Below are positions 1-10,838 of a stretch of 64,000 nt of DNA, piece by piece (positions within the stretch are counted from its first letter, which is position 1; the number at the start of each line of letters is the position of its first letter). The stretch covers positions 248,001 to 312,000 of the forward strand of contig CDRNVI010000047.1 of NCBI GenBank assembly GCA_977017575.1. The letters run 5' to 3'. A program made the position numbers and the translations under genes. Origin of the DNA: Paramoeba atlantica (taxonomy: Eukaryota > Protista > Discosea). Under the pieces are notes generated by a model, which searched no databases, was not told the DNA's origin, and saw nothing but the letters and a program-made list of their open reading frames with translations.

Positions 1-170
1 ACGGGGGGGAGTTTGCGACCCCGGCGGAGAGGTGGGGAGAGGAAACGGAATCCGCCGTGGGGGGTAAGGGCTTGGCCACGGATTCGACGTCGTTAAAAGT
101 GGCACGTGTGTTGGGGAGTTATGGAAAGTCTATTTTGTTGGGTTTACTTGGGATTCCGCAGAACGGGTGA
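1..170 (+). CDS. probable 3' end of an upstream gene (partial)
   Basis: Open frame from nt 3 to TGA at 168-170, with G-rich composition like the 3' ends of other genes here; no recognisable motif. Confidence 0.3.
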   Translation, partial: GGEFATPAERWGEETESAVGGKGLATDSTSLKVARVLGSYGKSILLGLLGIPQNG

Positions 171-390
171 GTGGTTCACAGAGTGTGTATTTTTGGTGAA
201 TGGGTAAAACTATTGAATGTCAATAACACGAGAGGTGGGAGGGGGTTCAGACGTTGAGAAAGGGTATCGTATAATTTCAAAGTAGATCTCAGTGTGCGAG
301 GGCGTACACTGTGCGTTTTGCGTATCTAAAACTTTAAGCTCTTTTGATAAAAATATTCCTTTTGTACTCCGTTCAAGATTGATCGCACTC

Positions 391-1233
391 ATGCAAACAA
401 ACGTCATGTCTTCGACTCCTGCTTCAGATTCAACAGGAGGGACACGGTTGCGAAAGGTCCATCTAACTCTTCTACCCCCTGAAATGGAACTTGATCGTTT
501 TCTATCACGCACAACTGGACGTCATCACAGTTGGAGCACTGAAAATGACGCTTGCAAATTGTGGGATGGCGTGAAATGTGAGGATCAAAAAGTTGTAGAG
601 CTTAGCTGGACTTCTTTTGGACTATCCGGTAGTGTGGAGTGGAGGTTTCTTCCTCGCACTGTGCGACACGTCGATCTTGGACGCTTATATGACGTGTCCA
701 ACAAACTGACAGGACGCATTCAGACCTGTGATCTCCCTGATTCTCTAGAGTGCCTTATCGTTGATCGAAACAGTTTTTGTGGTGAACTCGAAACTCAGAC
801 ATTCCCGTCGGCGATGCGGAATTTTGAAGCCCGTGAAAATTGTCTCGAAGGCAGTGTAGATCTGACGGCACTTCCTTGCGGTCAGTCAACGCTTGACTTG
901 AACAACAATGATTTAAGTGGTCGCATTTTCTTGGACTCGTTGCCACCTCAGCTTCGCTACCTGTACCTGTCCCATAATAGATTGAGCGGTGAGGTAAACT
1001 TAACCACGCTACCAGAGATGCTTCTGGAACTTACGGCAACCGGTAATCTACTTATTGGAGATCTGGATCTCTCACGTTTGCCCCAGAGCTTAAGGTTGTT
1101 ACATCTCAGTGGAAACAAATTTGATGGGACGCTAAATTGCCGGAATCTACCCGAAAAAGCCCAGATATATGTAAGAACAATGAATATTCGATCCTCCGAG
1201 CCTGACCCCTTACCACCACGAGTAAACGTATGA
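391..1233 (+). CDS. leucine-rich repeat protein (family member 1)
   Basis: Cap RLRKVHLTLLPPEMELDRF..SW..CKLWDGVKC, then ~22-aa LxxLxLxxNxLxGxLxLxxLP repeats; first ATG at 391. Confidence 0.9.
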   Translation: MQTNVMSSTPASDSTGGTRLRKVHLTLLPPEMELDRFLSRTTGRHHSWSTENDACKLWDGVKCEDQKVVELSWTSFGLSGSVEWRFLPRTVRHVDLGRLYDVSNKLTGRIQTCDLPDSLECLIVDRNSFCGELETQTFPSAMRNFEARENCLEGSVDLTALPCGQSTLDLNNNDLSGRIFLDSLPPQLRYLYLSHNRLSGEVNLTTLPEMLLELTATGNLLIGDLDLSRLPQSLRLLHLSGNKFDGTLNCRNLPEKAQIYVRTMNIRSSEPDPLPPRVNV

Positions 1234-1451
1234 AAACTAATCCAACAAATTTCAATTAAATGAACATGTTCACTAGCTTTAAATGAAGTATCAAACAGTG
1301 CTTGTACAGTAGCTTGTATATGAGCTTAGACATTTTTATTCAAAGAAACGCGTAAATGTGCATCTACAGGGTTGGTACGGAATTTATGAACAATTCTCGA
1401 ATCATAATCTTTCTTAAATCTTTTTTTAAGTGCTCTATACCTGATTACCCG

Positions 1452-1763
1452 ATGCCCCGCCCTGATTATTTCCAACTAGACCACACACAACGTGAGCAAG
1501 CCAGACAGCTTATTGCGAAACTTCAGCCAAAGATACAATACAGTGAGAAGTACTATGACGACACGCATGAGTACCGACACGTCATTTTGCCCCGGGATTT
1601 AGGAAAACTAGTCCCAAAACGTTTGATGTCGGATCCAGAGTGGCGACAACTTGGGGTGCAGCAATCTCTTGGATGGGAACATTATATGATACATAAACCT
1701 GAGCCGCATATTTTACTCTTTCGACGAGCCAAAGGGTATCAGCCCCCGACTGCAACACGGTAG
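1452..1763 (+). CDS. CKS1: cyclin-dependent kinase regulatory subunit Cks1
   Basis: [55 protein letters not shown] is the CKS signature. Confidence 0.97.
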   Translation: MPRPDYFQLDHTQREQARQLIAKLQPKIQYSEKYYDDTHEYRHVILPRDLGKLVPKRLMSDPEWRQLGVQQSLGWEHYMIHKPEPHILLFRRAKGYQPPTATR

Positions 1764-2120
1764 ATATAGCAAATGATGCGTCGTGCACTTTTTCTATGAG
1801 TAAAAGGAGATGAAAAATATCACACCTCTGTATTGAATACTCTCGATGTCCTCACTCTACCTTGTTGATCACACGACGACGCATTTGGTTGTGTATAATT
1901 GGCAATATCACTTCTTATCACATGATATTTTGGAAAACGGGTATAAATTACACAATGCCACTTTTATTTAAACTTACTTGACGTTCCTACCCGTTTTAGC
2001 TTCCTTACATCTTCATAAAAAAATCACTAAAAACTATCGTCCTCATCTTACATCGTATGATCTTCCGAGGTAAAACCATTGGGTGTAAATAAAATCCCAC
2101 AGACCCTTTCCGACCGCACA

Positions 2121-3848
2121 ATGACCCCACAAGAAATTTTCGGGCCACCCCCCCTCACTCCCCACCCCTCCAAAAAGGCTCTCACCACACAACTCTCCTC
2201 CTTATCTGTGCAGCGCCCCAAGGCCTCGTCGCTCTCCGCTCCCTCTCCCACCCCTCCGTGCCCCCCGAGCGAGCACGGCCGGGAGCACGCCCTGGTGATC
2301 GCCATGGTGGGGCTCCCGGGCCGGGGGAAATCCTTTATCAGCTCCCGTCTGTGCCGCTGGCTGAACTGGAAAGGGATCCCGACCACCCGGTGTAATGCCG
2401 GGCACTACCGTCGTAAGCTCTTGCTCGAGAGGGAGGAAAACAAGGAACGGGAGAATAAAACGGAAGCCTTGAGGAATTCACCTCCCGTGTTTCACGCTTC
2501 CTCTGTGTTTGATCCGGAGAATATGGAAGGGGTCGCGATGCGGGAGCGTATGGTGGAGTGGGCGTGTAACGACCTCGTGGCGTTTCTTACGCAAAACCCC
2601 GGAGGGGTGGGGATTCTGGATGCCACCAACACGACACGAGAGCGCCGGGAGTGGTTACTGCACTATTTTGAGCCTTTTCCGATTGAGGTTCTTTTCGTGG
2701 AGTCCGTGTGTGATGACAAGGCGCTGATTCGGCGGAATATTCTCCGCACGAAATGTGGAAATGAGGATTACCGAACCACTGAACCGGGGGTGGTGCTTCA
2801 TGATTTTAAAGACCGTATCCGGCAGTATGAGAAAGTGTACCAAACACTCTCCCCGTCCCATGAAGACGCACTGAGTTATATTAAAATGGTAAATGTTAAA
2901 ACACGTGTGGAGTTGCATCGTATCCAGGGCTATCTCCCAACGTGTATTGTGCATTTCTTACTGAATTTACACCTCAGCGACCACACCGTGTTCTTAACAC
3001 GCAGTGGGTGGAGCGCCAAAGGAGAGGAGGGAGTGTTAGGTCATGATGGAGATCTCAGCCCCCGGGGTCTGCGCTACGCGTTAGCCCTAAAAAGGTTTAT
3101 CGATGCAAGGGTCAAAAAACTAGCTCGTGCGTCCACGGGAGTTGGAGAGGACGAATGCACTGATGTCCCTCAAGAAGCCTCACCAGTTTCCAACGCTGAA
3201 AATGAGAACAGTGGATCGCATTCCGGTCATGGTGCTGGGGAAACGTATCCTACGACCAAGATTCACTCACCCACACCTTTTCACGTTGCAAAATTGCACA
3301 CCTCTCCGTATCCTGAAGTTACGGTGTTGTGTAGTCCGCTGCGCCGGGCGGTACAAACCTCTCTGGTGTTCCAACAGGACGCACGCTATCTTGTCCGCGA
3401 GTACCCCTCCCTGACGGAGTTGCACTACGGTGACTTCCACGGCTGCACGGCCCGGGAGCTTGACCCCGCCTCGGCGAGTGTACTCTCTCGCATCCGGCAA
3501 GACCCCTACCACTGCCGCTACCCCCGGGGGGAGGGGTACAAGGCCCTGGCGAAACGCCTGGACCCGATTTTTATGGAGCTCCAGCACATGGAGCGTCCGA
3601 CACTGGTGGTGTCGCACTCGGCCGTGCTGCAAGTGCTGCGCGCGTTTCTCGCGGATGAGTCCCCGGAGACCGCCCATCAGACCTCGATGCCTCTGGGGGC
3701 GGTGCTGGAGGTCACCCCCCATAAGAATCAGTGGATCACCAGTACCCACGACATCCGTCCTCTGATGGAGGAAATTACGGAGGAGGAACTGGAGCGGTTT
3801 CAACAAAAAGCAGAGGGTGGGAGTGTAGGGGATGAGTTTCAGGAATAG
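2121..3848 (+). CDS. 6-phosphofructo-2-kinase/fructose-2,6-bisphosphatase family protein
   Basis: P-loop MVGLPGRGKS, ILDATNTTRERR and FVESVCDD in the kinase domain; C-terminal histidine-phosphatase fold (LTELHYG, RYPRGEGY, VVSH). Confidence 0.93.
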   Translation: MTPQEIFGPPPLTPHPSKKALTTQLSSLSVQRPKASSLSAPSPTPPCPPSEHGREHALVIAMVGLPGRGKSFISSRLCRWLNWKGIPTTRCNAGHYRRKLLLEREENKERENKTEALRNSPPVFHASSVFDPENMEGVAMRERMVEWACNDLVAFLTQNPGGVGILDATNTTRERREWLLHYFEPFPIEVLFVESVCDDKALIRRNILRTKCGNEDYRTTEPGVVLHDFKDRIRQYEKVYQTLSPSHEDALSYIKMVNVKTRVELHRIQGYLPTCIVHFLLNLHLSDHTVFLTRSGWSAKGEEGVLGHDGDLSPRGLRYALALKRFIDARVKKLARASTGVGEDECTDVPQEASPVSNAENENSGSHSGHGAGETYPTTKIHSPTPFHVAKLHTSPYPEVTVLCSPLRRAVQTSLVFQQDARYLVREYPSLTELHYGDFHGCTARELDPASASVLSRIRQDPYHCRYPRGEGYKALAKRLDPIFMELQHMERPTLVVSHSAVLQVLRAFLADESPETAHQTSMPLGAVLEVTPHKNQWITSTHDIRPLMEEITEEELERFQQKAEGGSVGDEFQE

Positions 3849-4141
3849 GGCCACCTTGCGAGAGAGAATGAACGCATGATTAGGTAAAATGGAGGTGGTA
3901 ACAGTAGTGTGCTGGTAGTTTACTGGTTTCACGCTACCGTAGAGTGAAAAAGATGCATTGGTTTTCCAGTGCTACAGCCTACTGGGAGGTATTCCAAGAC
4001 CTTTATTTGCATAAGGCGCACATTGCGGGTTTTTCCTTTTGAAGTTATGTAGCATAGGCTTACTGCTTTGATTGGCCTCTATTTTTACCAAGAAAACAAG
4101 TCTTTTTCTTTACCTACAAACTATCCCTCGGCACGGAAAAC

Positions 4142-4885
4142 ATGCTCTCACGGCTGGCCAAACCTTCCCATGTGCACAACAGCCGTGTCTCCCCTCCTCT
4201 TTTTCTCCACCCTTTACGGCGAAACACCCACGCCTCCCCTCAACCCTCAACCCCCCACCTCCCCCCCTCCACGACACGACCCCAACACCCCACCCCCGAA
4301 CAAACCGATTTGAAACAAAAAGAAGAATCCCTCCAACGCGACGCCCTGCGTGAGTTTCTGGGCTCTACGGCCCCCCACCCCCCCGCCCCCTCCCCCCCTT
4401 CGCTCGGGCTGAGAATACTGCGCCTCGTGCTCGGCCCCTTCCTGGCCTGGGGCGTGATGCTCTACGTGGCCTTCTTTATCCTGTTCGTGCGCCCGCGGCT
4501 CGCGCAGGCCGCGGGGGTCCCGTGGTGGGCCGCGGACCCCGAGGTCGTGTCGCGCTGGCTGCTCCACCGCCTGCTGCTCCCCCCGCCGCAGCAGGAGGCG
4601 CTGCGGCGGGAGTACCGCGCCTCCCGCGGGGCGTACCCCGGGCGCACGTTCGCGGGGTTCATGGAGGAGCGCCACCCGGGGCTGTTCCACGGCGTGGGGG
4701 TGTCCCAGGGGGAGATCCTCGCGGCGCTCTCCGCGACCTACGCCCTCACCGGGGACCCGGGGTTTATCCGGAACATCAAGAAGGCGACCTCGGGGGAGGG
4801 GGGGAGGGGGGTGGCGGAAAAAGTGGACGCCCTGATGCACACCCTCCGGGTGACGTATCCGCAGGTGTTTGCGGGGATACGGTAG
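4142..4885 (+). CDS. hypothetical protein with one predicted TM helix, possibly mitochondrial
   Basis: 247-aa ORF with MLSRL start, hydrophobic segment LVLGPFLAWGVMLYVAFFILFV and very high GC3 in the core. Confidence 0.7.
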   Translation: MLSRLAKPSHVHNSRVSPPLFLHPLRRNTHASPQPSTPHLPPSTTRPQHPTPEQTDLKQKEESLQRDALREFLGSTAPHPPAPSPPSLGLRILRLVLGPFLAWGVMLYVAFFILFVRPRLAQAAGVPWWAADPEVVSRWLLHRLLLPPPQQEALRREYRASRGAYPGRTFAGFMEERHPGLFHGVGVSQGEILAALSATYALTGDPGFIRNIKKATSGEGGRGVAEKVDALMHTLRVTYPQVFAGIR

Positions 4886-5140
4886 CGGGGGGGTGGAGGG
4901 GGGGTTGTGTACATAGAGTGTATTTTGGGGTCGTGTTTTGTCTGTATTTATGACCTACAAGAGAATGGATAAATTTAGATCACATTCCAGATAAAATGGA
5001 CTCGAAAAACGAACGAATTTATCAAGCATGCATGTAGAAGACACGTCAAGGAGCAGCCTATTACTCTTACACACAATAACAAATGCTTGAATAGGAAAAA
5101 GGACAATTTTTCCGTGATATCTCAACCCATTCTGTACGAC

Positions 5141-6148
5141 ATGGATCTGCCACTCTGCTTTAAGTGTCGGCAACAGGTCGGTACCACCCCAAGTCGTGAT
5201 GGTGTTTCCCGACCGTACTGCAGGAACTGTTTTGTTGAGTTCGTCCGCTCCACCTTTCGTCACGCTTTCCATCATGACTGTCAGATTTCTCCCGGGGAAA
5301 TTGTTATTGCGGTCGATGGCTCGTGTCGATCTATGGTGCTTTTGGATTTGTGCCGCTTACTACGCGATCATAACCAGCATAAAGATCCACGTGCGCAGAA
5401 ACATTTTCATCTTCATTGTGTCTTCGTCATCCCTGAAGGCTTCGCTAAAGATGATGATACCACGGAAACTGAAATGCAACATGACACTCGTGAGTTTGCG
5501 GGTGTGAGAGATAACACACGTGAATCTAACATTCGGCTTGCAAGGAGTAAATTGCGTTACTATTGTGATTCACATAATATCGTGTTGGCAACCGTTCCAG
5601 CGTCCTCATTGGGCTCGGGCGAATGCAATGCAGAGGCGACTACAAAAGAATGGCGAAGAACATTGGATGAGTCCCAAGACACTTGGCGAGGAATGAAACG
5701 ACAAGCTTTACTATTATATGCGGTAAAAATCTCCGCTCCGTATATTATAGAGGCATCGTGTGGGAACGATCTTTCCCGAGATGCTATTTTGCAACTTTCA
5801 ATCGGAGGAGACAGGGAGTCGGTTGTAAAGGCAACGACTTATAAAGAGTTAGTTCTCGCACCTTCCGCAGTTGGTGATGCGTGTGAGGATCATATTATTT
5901 TCTGCAGGCCTTGTCGGGATTTATTGTCGACAGAAGTTGCGCGATATGCTTACTTCTGCAACCTCCCTTTCGTTTCGGATCCAGAACTGGCGTTAAATGC
6001 TACAAGCGAGGAAAGTGTGTCAGGCTCTGTTTCGTTATTTCACACTACGAGTGAATTCCTTAACAAAGTACAGCATGGTTTTAAGGGAACGATTTTTAAC
6101 ATATTAAACACATTGGAGAAAGACGAAGCAACTATGTGTACACCGTGA
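5141..6148 (+). CDS. CTU2: cytoplasmic tRNA 2-thiolation protein 2 (CTU2/Ncs2)-like
   Basis: N-terminal CFKC..YCRNCF, degenerate PP-loop IAVDGSCRS, RPCRDLLSTEVARYA, and FLNKVQHGFKGTIFNILNTLEK. Confidence 0.75.
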   Translation: MDLPLCFKCRQQVGTTPSRDGVSRPYCRNCFVEFVRSTFRHAFHHDCQISPGEIVIAVDGSCRSMVLLDLCRLLRDHNQHKDPRAQKHFHLHCVFVIPEGFAKDDDTTETEMQHDTREFAGVRDNTRESNIRLARSKLRYYCDSHNIVLATVPASSLGSGECNAEATTKEWRRTLDESQDTWRGMKRQALLLYAVKISAPYIIEASCGNDLSRDAILQLSIGGDRESVVKATTYKELVLAPSAVGDACEDHIIFCRPCRDLLSTEVARYAYFCNLPFVSDPELALNATSEESVSGSVSLFHTTSEFLNKVQHGFKGTIFNILNTLEKDEATMCTP

Positions 6149-6268
6149 GGTTACAGCCGTAAATTTCTGTGCAACATGTCAAGTGTGGTTGTTCTGGACA
6201 AAATTCCTTATTCCATGTGTTATGCTCACACTATGAACTCGTATGACAATAGTATACAATACGATATA

Positions 6269-7015
6269 CAGTGGTGTTCAGCGTCTTTTACCCCCCCCCC
6301 TACAGGTCTTGTATTTTGTCCGATTTTGGAAATATTTGGTATACCACCGTTTTTCGACCTAATCGTTCCGAATCCGAGGTCCTTTTCACTCGAACGACCC
6401 CCTACCCCCCCTAGCCAGGTAGGGGTGAAAAAAGCTAATTACAATTTTTTTGGGTTTATTTTTTTGAATGTTTCGGATGAGGAACAGTAGTAAAGTAGGT
6501 CAGAAGACGTGGAAAAGGTGTGCAAAGTAATCTCTAGTATTTAGTCATATGCACTTTAGCCTCCTTGACCAAAAGAAAACGTTTACTATAGTCCCGGAAG
6601 GCTTTCTTAAACGTTTCCGGTTAATCTTCAGAAAAAAAGCGAAAAGTTTCAATGATGGACCCGGGGCTAAGTTTATGAAATTTTTCGAGTGTCTTATAGG
6701 ACTTAAGTCGCTCTCAATCGATCGCGAGTGCCGTGCGCATCTCGGGGCACACGAGGCTCCTGCCTCGTGGAAGGTAAGGTAGCGGTGCTTCTTCGTCATG
6801 AATCACCAACAAGTGTACCAATTTTGAAAAAAATGTACTCTGTGAAAAACAAATCGGCTTTTTTTTCCGGCTTAGGTATGATACAGGTGTCCACGAGTGA
6901 AAAGGACCTCGGATTCGGAACGATTGGGTCGAAAAACAGTCCCATACAAAATATTTCCAAAATCGAACAAATTGCAAGATCCGTAGGGGGGGGTAAAAGA
7001 GGCTGAACACTACTG
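6269..7015. mobile_element. Tc1/mariner-type MITE with ~125-bp terminal inverted repeats, flanked by TA
   Basis: TA|CAGTGGTGTTCAGC.. (6269-6392) is the reverse complement of ..GCTGAACACTACTG|TA (6894-7015); no transposase inside. Confidence 0.85.
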
Positions 7016-7127
7016 TATTTTCCTGTTTGCATGGCAATGATCCTTCCTCAAAAAAAATATTTTTTTTAATTCCTTCTCGTTCACACTTGCTACAGTTTGT
7101 CTGTTTCGTCTGTTACTACTTTCTACG

Positions 7128-7754
7128 ATGAGAGTGGCTGTCACAGATCTCATGATAGGCTCGTTGCGTTGTCCCAGCACATTTCAGTTCTCTGACACAA
7201 CGAGTGAAAACCGAAAAGCTGCAAAGGTAAGAGGCGCGCTACTACCCCTAGAATACGACCTTGAGCGTTTGGTAAGTAATATAGTAAATCCGCTCCCCTC
7301 TTGGAATGTATCTGTGCCTGCACATCAGTGGGAAGGGGTCGAATGTTCTGATGGAGAAGTCTTAGAGTTTGTGGTGGAATGCAAAAAATTGGAAGGCTCA
7401 CTCGAGTGCAATACGCTTCCAAGGTCATTAACCCGATTCTCGGTGTATAAAAACAAGCTCCGCGGGGAACTCGACCTCGTAAACCTTCCACCACATTTAT
7501 GTACGCTAGACGCGTCGTACAATCAATTTACGGGTAATATTGACCTGTGCCACCTTCCTTTAACCTTAACGTCGTTGATATTGTCGGCGAATAAATTACG
7601 TGGTCACGTAACGTTTACGAATCTTCCCTCAGGAATGCGCAATTTGTCAGTTCGTAACAACGCCGAGCTTACGGGGACAGTAGAGGTACGTTTATTGCCG
7701 TTTAGTATGAAGTATAAGGCCTTTAGTGAAACAAAAATTTTGATCCGAAGTTAG
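7128..7754 (+). CDS. LRR protein (member 2; close subfamily with 11505, 27739, 29724, 48846)
   Basis: KVRGALLPLEYDLERLVSNIVNPLPSW..WEGVEC cap plus LRRs. Confidence 0.9.
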   Translation: MRVAVTDLMIGSLRCPSTFQFSDTTSENRKAAKVRGALLPLEYDLERLVSNIVNPLPSWNVSVPAHQWEGVECSDGEVLEFVVECKKLEGSLECNTLPRSLTRFSVYKNKLRGELDLVNLPPHLCTLDASYNQFTGNIDLCHLPLTLTSLILSANKLRGHVTFTNLPSGMRNLSVRNNAELTGTVEVRLLPFSMKYKAFSETKILIRS

Positions 7755-8169
7755 CGAACACGTGATTTTCTTCATTAATTTTCGTAAAAAGGCGCTTCAT
7801 TTTTGACAGCATTAAGCCACTTTTTTTTACTTTTTTGTACGAAACAGGTAAAAAGTAAACCACACTGGACTGGTGGCCATTAACCAAACGAATGAGAATC
7901 AGTCTTCTGGCGGCGCCGACTTTTTATCACCTTTCCATTTCGTGTTGATTTTTTCCGAGTATCATTCAACACTGAATGGGGGGGTTCATTTATCTAGAAT
8001 ACATTCGTTAATCATGGTGCACGCTGAATTTGCAAAAGGAAATTTTGTTTTGTTAAGGGTGTTTCTAAATGTTGTTCTATTTTGAATATCAAGAGTTACA
8101 TGCATGGTATACATCATTTGTGCATAAGGGTATCAGCGTGCGAAATTCAACTTGCCCGAAAAAATTATA

Positions 8170-10686
8170 ATGAAGCGCCTTATTGGTGTACCTTTGTCTC
8201 AGTCGAGATTTTTCCGGTACTTTTATAGCACAAAGGTTCCTGCCAATGCTTTTGAAGGAGAAAAAGATTGGCTGAGCCAACTACACACACCAGAGAAGGA
8301 AGCCGAGAACCTCCTTCAATTTGGTGCTTCCCAACATTTTAATAATGACCCAAAGGTTTTTACTGCTCGCTATAAAGAACATTGGTCTCATTTCACTGTT
8401 GCGGAGGTTGATGCGGATGGTCGGGAGGTACGGATGGGACCAGACCCCTCTCTCCATTCGATTCCTTTGCAAATAGCTGATCCTATGTGTGATGAAAGCC
8501 CTCAGGAGCAATCTTCTTTTTGTTTCTATCGGGAATCTGTTGCGAATGAGGCTCAGATTCAAAAAGAACTTCAACTTTGTAGAGGTAGCACATATTACCT
8601 CGAATGTACCTTGCGCAAGCGAAACATAGCTCACGCCCAGGCGATACGTGTTCTGGGCCGAAGTCTGGGTCTCACCTCTCGGGATATCTCCTTCAAAGGA
8701 GTAAAAGACCGCTGCGGAGACACCTACCAGCGTATTCGGTTACGAGCTGCCTCCCCTCACCGCTTATTGTGGAGCATACATCAACTTCCCTCCTTGGGCA
8801 TTGAACTTTACGACTTTCAGCCCGCTAGTGCACCTTTCAAGACTGGAGAGGGTTTCGCCGGAAACCGCTTCCAAGTCATACTCACAAATGTAAAACCGGT
8901 ACACTCGGCAAGTGTCGCACAAGGTTCCTCGGCCGATTTTCCCCAACGGTTGTCCCGCGCCATTGCCTCCTGGGAGCGTCGTGGTTTCCCGAACTACTAC
9001 GGCCCTCAGCGTTTTTCCTGGTTTGGTGGGGCCCGGGACCCTTCGTACTACCTGCTCCATGGAGATACCATCACCGCGGCATATCAGCTTCTATGCTACA
9101 CTAACCTCCGCCGACCCTGGACACAGCTCCTGGAACGCGCGGCTTTGTACCCACTCTCCGTACAGGAACACGTCCGCCGTGTTCTTCTACGGGAACTCAC
9201 CAAAGCAGAGATCAAACCCTCCGATATGGAGCACCACGCCAAGGAACGTTTTTTCGCCCCCAACCCGGACCGGGACCGTGAGGATCACAGCCAGGAGAAC
9301 AACTTCACCCGGAGCGACTACTTCTACCGCATGCCGTGGCGTAGAGCCACCCAACGTGCCTTCGAGTCCCTCCCCCCTCGTGAGCTCCAGCTGCTGTGTC
9401 AAAAGTTTCCCTCCTACCTGTGGAACACACTGCTGTCGTATCTGCTCCAGGTCCATGGCAACGACCCGGCAGTGTTGTCACCGTCCCTGACACTCCCCTC
9501 CCTGCCGGTACCACGAAAGAAACGGTTGGGGGGGACGTCCCCATCGGAGTCGCCCTCAGCCCACCTCAGTCCCGGTTTTCGCTCGCTGCTGCAATCCTGC
9601 TCCGAGGCGCTGTGTTCGCGGTACGGGTTATGTTTTCCTCATACCCCTGTGCTGCCGAAGGAACTGTTTAGCTGTGCGTCTCGTCCAGCTCGGGTGTTTC
9701 CTCAGAACGTGTCACACGAGTACGACTCCCAGCGTGGAATTTTACGCGTAAGCTTCTTTCTCCCGAAAGGTTGTTACGCGAGTGTTGGGATGTGGGAGCT
9801 GCTGAAGAGTACAAAAGTGCCTGACGCGGACAGCACACTCACGGTGCCCACACCTGATGCGGCATGGGAGTGGGGGGCTCCGGACCCGTGCTACCTCCCC
9901 ACATTACGCGACCTCTACCCGTCTTGGGACTCCACCGCGAATGAACGACGTGAGAACGAGCTGCTGGATGAGAATGGAAACCCGGGAAAGCCACAGCCCA
10001 CCTCCGACGAGATTGCGGAATGGAGTCGAACCCATATGGTACGAAACGGCGCACGACATCTGCGTGACACGGAGCAACGCGCCCGGGAGCTCTGGGGGCC
10101 TGTGGGGACGTTGCCCACAATTCTCCCCTCCGACCGCACGAATCTCTCCATGGAACGGTACGTCTTACGTCACCCGATTCCTCTACGTGCGGCGCATAAC
10201 CGACGTATGATTTCTGGTGCGATACGTCGTCAGGAGCGACAACAGGCTGCCTTTCAGCGACGCAATCGGAAGTTCGTCGCGAGTCGACCCAGTACGGAGC
10301 AACCTTTACCGCATCGTTCGTACCCCGGTTTGGAAGAGGGGGGTTATTTGGAGATGGAAGGAAAAACGCCCCCCGCCCTCGTTTCGGTCCCTGCGGAGAC
10401 GTCTTCGCTTTTTGTAGATGTTGCGGAACTGGACGAGCAAGCACAATTAGATCCCAACCTGAAGCAGGGGATCGCTCCTGCTGAAAAGGAGGTGCTTCCT
10501 GCTCCTCATTTATCCTCACTGGAAGGTATTGAAGCGGAGATGGCCCGCACAGCGTATGAAGGGGTGAGGATCCGCCCCCGTCCTCGGGGCCAACCCACAC
10601 AACCTAAGTTTATGGATGTCAATGGATCCTCCTGGAACCGTACCTATTGTTACAAGGAGCGTGCGGCACGGAATCGCACCAGATAA
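8170..10686 (+). CDS. TruD/Pus7-family pseudouridine synthase with long C-terminal extension
   Basis: GVKDRCGDTYQ (catalytic Asp motif), GNRFQVIL, GFPNYYGPQRF, FFLPKGCYAS. Confidence 0.88.
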   Translation: MKRLIGVPLSQSRFFRYFYSTKVPANAFEGEKDWLSQLHTPEKEAENLLQFGASQHFNNDPKVFTARYKEHWSHFTVAEVDADGREVRMGPDPSLHSIPLQIADPMCDESPQEQSSFCFYRESVANEAQIQKELQLCRGSTYYLECTLRKRNIAHAQAIRVLGRSLGLTSRDISFKGVKDRCGDTYQRIRLRAASPHRLLWSIHQLPSLGIELYDFQPASAPFKTGEGFAGNRFQVILTNVKPVHSASVAQGSSADFPQRLSRAIASWERRGFPNYYGPQRFSWFGGARDPSYYLLHGDTITAAYQLLCYTNLRRPWTQLLERAALYPLSVQEHVRRVLLRELTKAEIKPSDMEHHAKERFFAPNPDRDREDHSQENNFTRSDYFYRMPWRRATQRAFESLPPRELQLLCQKFPSYLWNTLLSYLLQVHGNDPAVLSPSLTLPSLPVPRKKRLGGTSPSESPSAHLSPGFRSLLQSCSEALCSRYGLCFPHTPVLPKELFSCASRPARVFPQNVSHEYDSQRGILRVSFFLPKGCYASVGMWELLKSTKVPDADSTLTVPTPDAAWEWGAPDPCYLPTLRDLYPSWDSTANERRENELLDENGNPGKPQPTSDEIAEWSRTHMVRNGARHLRDTEQRARELWGPVGTLPTILPSDRTNLSMERYVLRHPIPLRAAHNRRMISGAIRRQERQQAAFQRRNRKFVASRPSTEQPLPHRSYPGLEEGGYLEMEGKTPPALVSVPAETSSLFVDVAELDEQAQLDPNLKQGIAPAEKEVLPAPHLSSLEGIEAEMARTAYEGVRIRPRPRGQPTQPKFMDVNGSSWNRTYCYKERAARNRTR

Positions 10687-10749
10687 AAAATTTGCGAGAC
10701 TACAGCCTAAAAAACTCTAGACAAATGAAGATTTGGTGTGACACTTCTA

Positions 10750-10838
10750 ACTGTTTTAAGTTAGAAGTCGCTATTGCTGTGCACTTCACGTTGAAAACTA
10801 CCTCCGCATTTAACGAAGCTCCTAAAAAAGAAAAATTG
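10750..10838. repeat. degenerate half-copy of the long-hairpin element end
   Basis: TTAGAAGTC..GTTGAAAACTACC..TAACGAAG..CCTAAAAAAGAAAA matches the loop and right arm of 30466-30570. Confidence 0.65.

Noticed and set aside
7089-7106. Degenerate SL remnant (GCTACAGTTTGTCTGT) upstream of LRR 7128, which would suggest a retrocopied gene
   Set aside because: The match is too short and gapped, and is not seen before the close paralogues.
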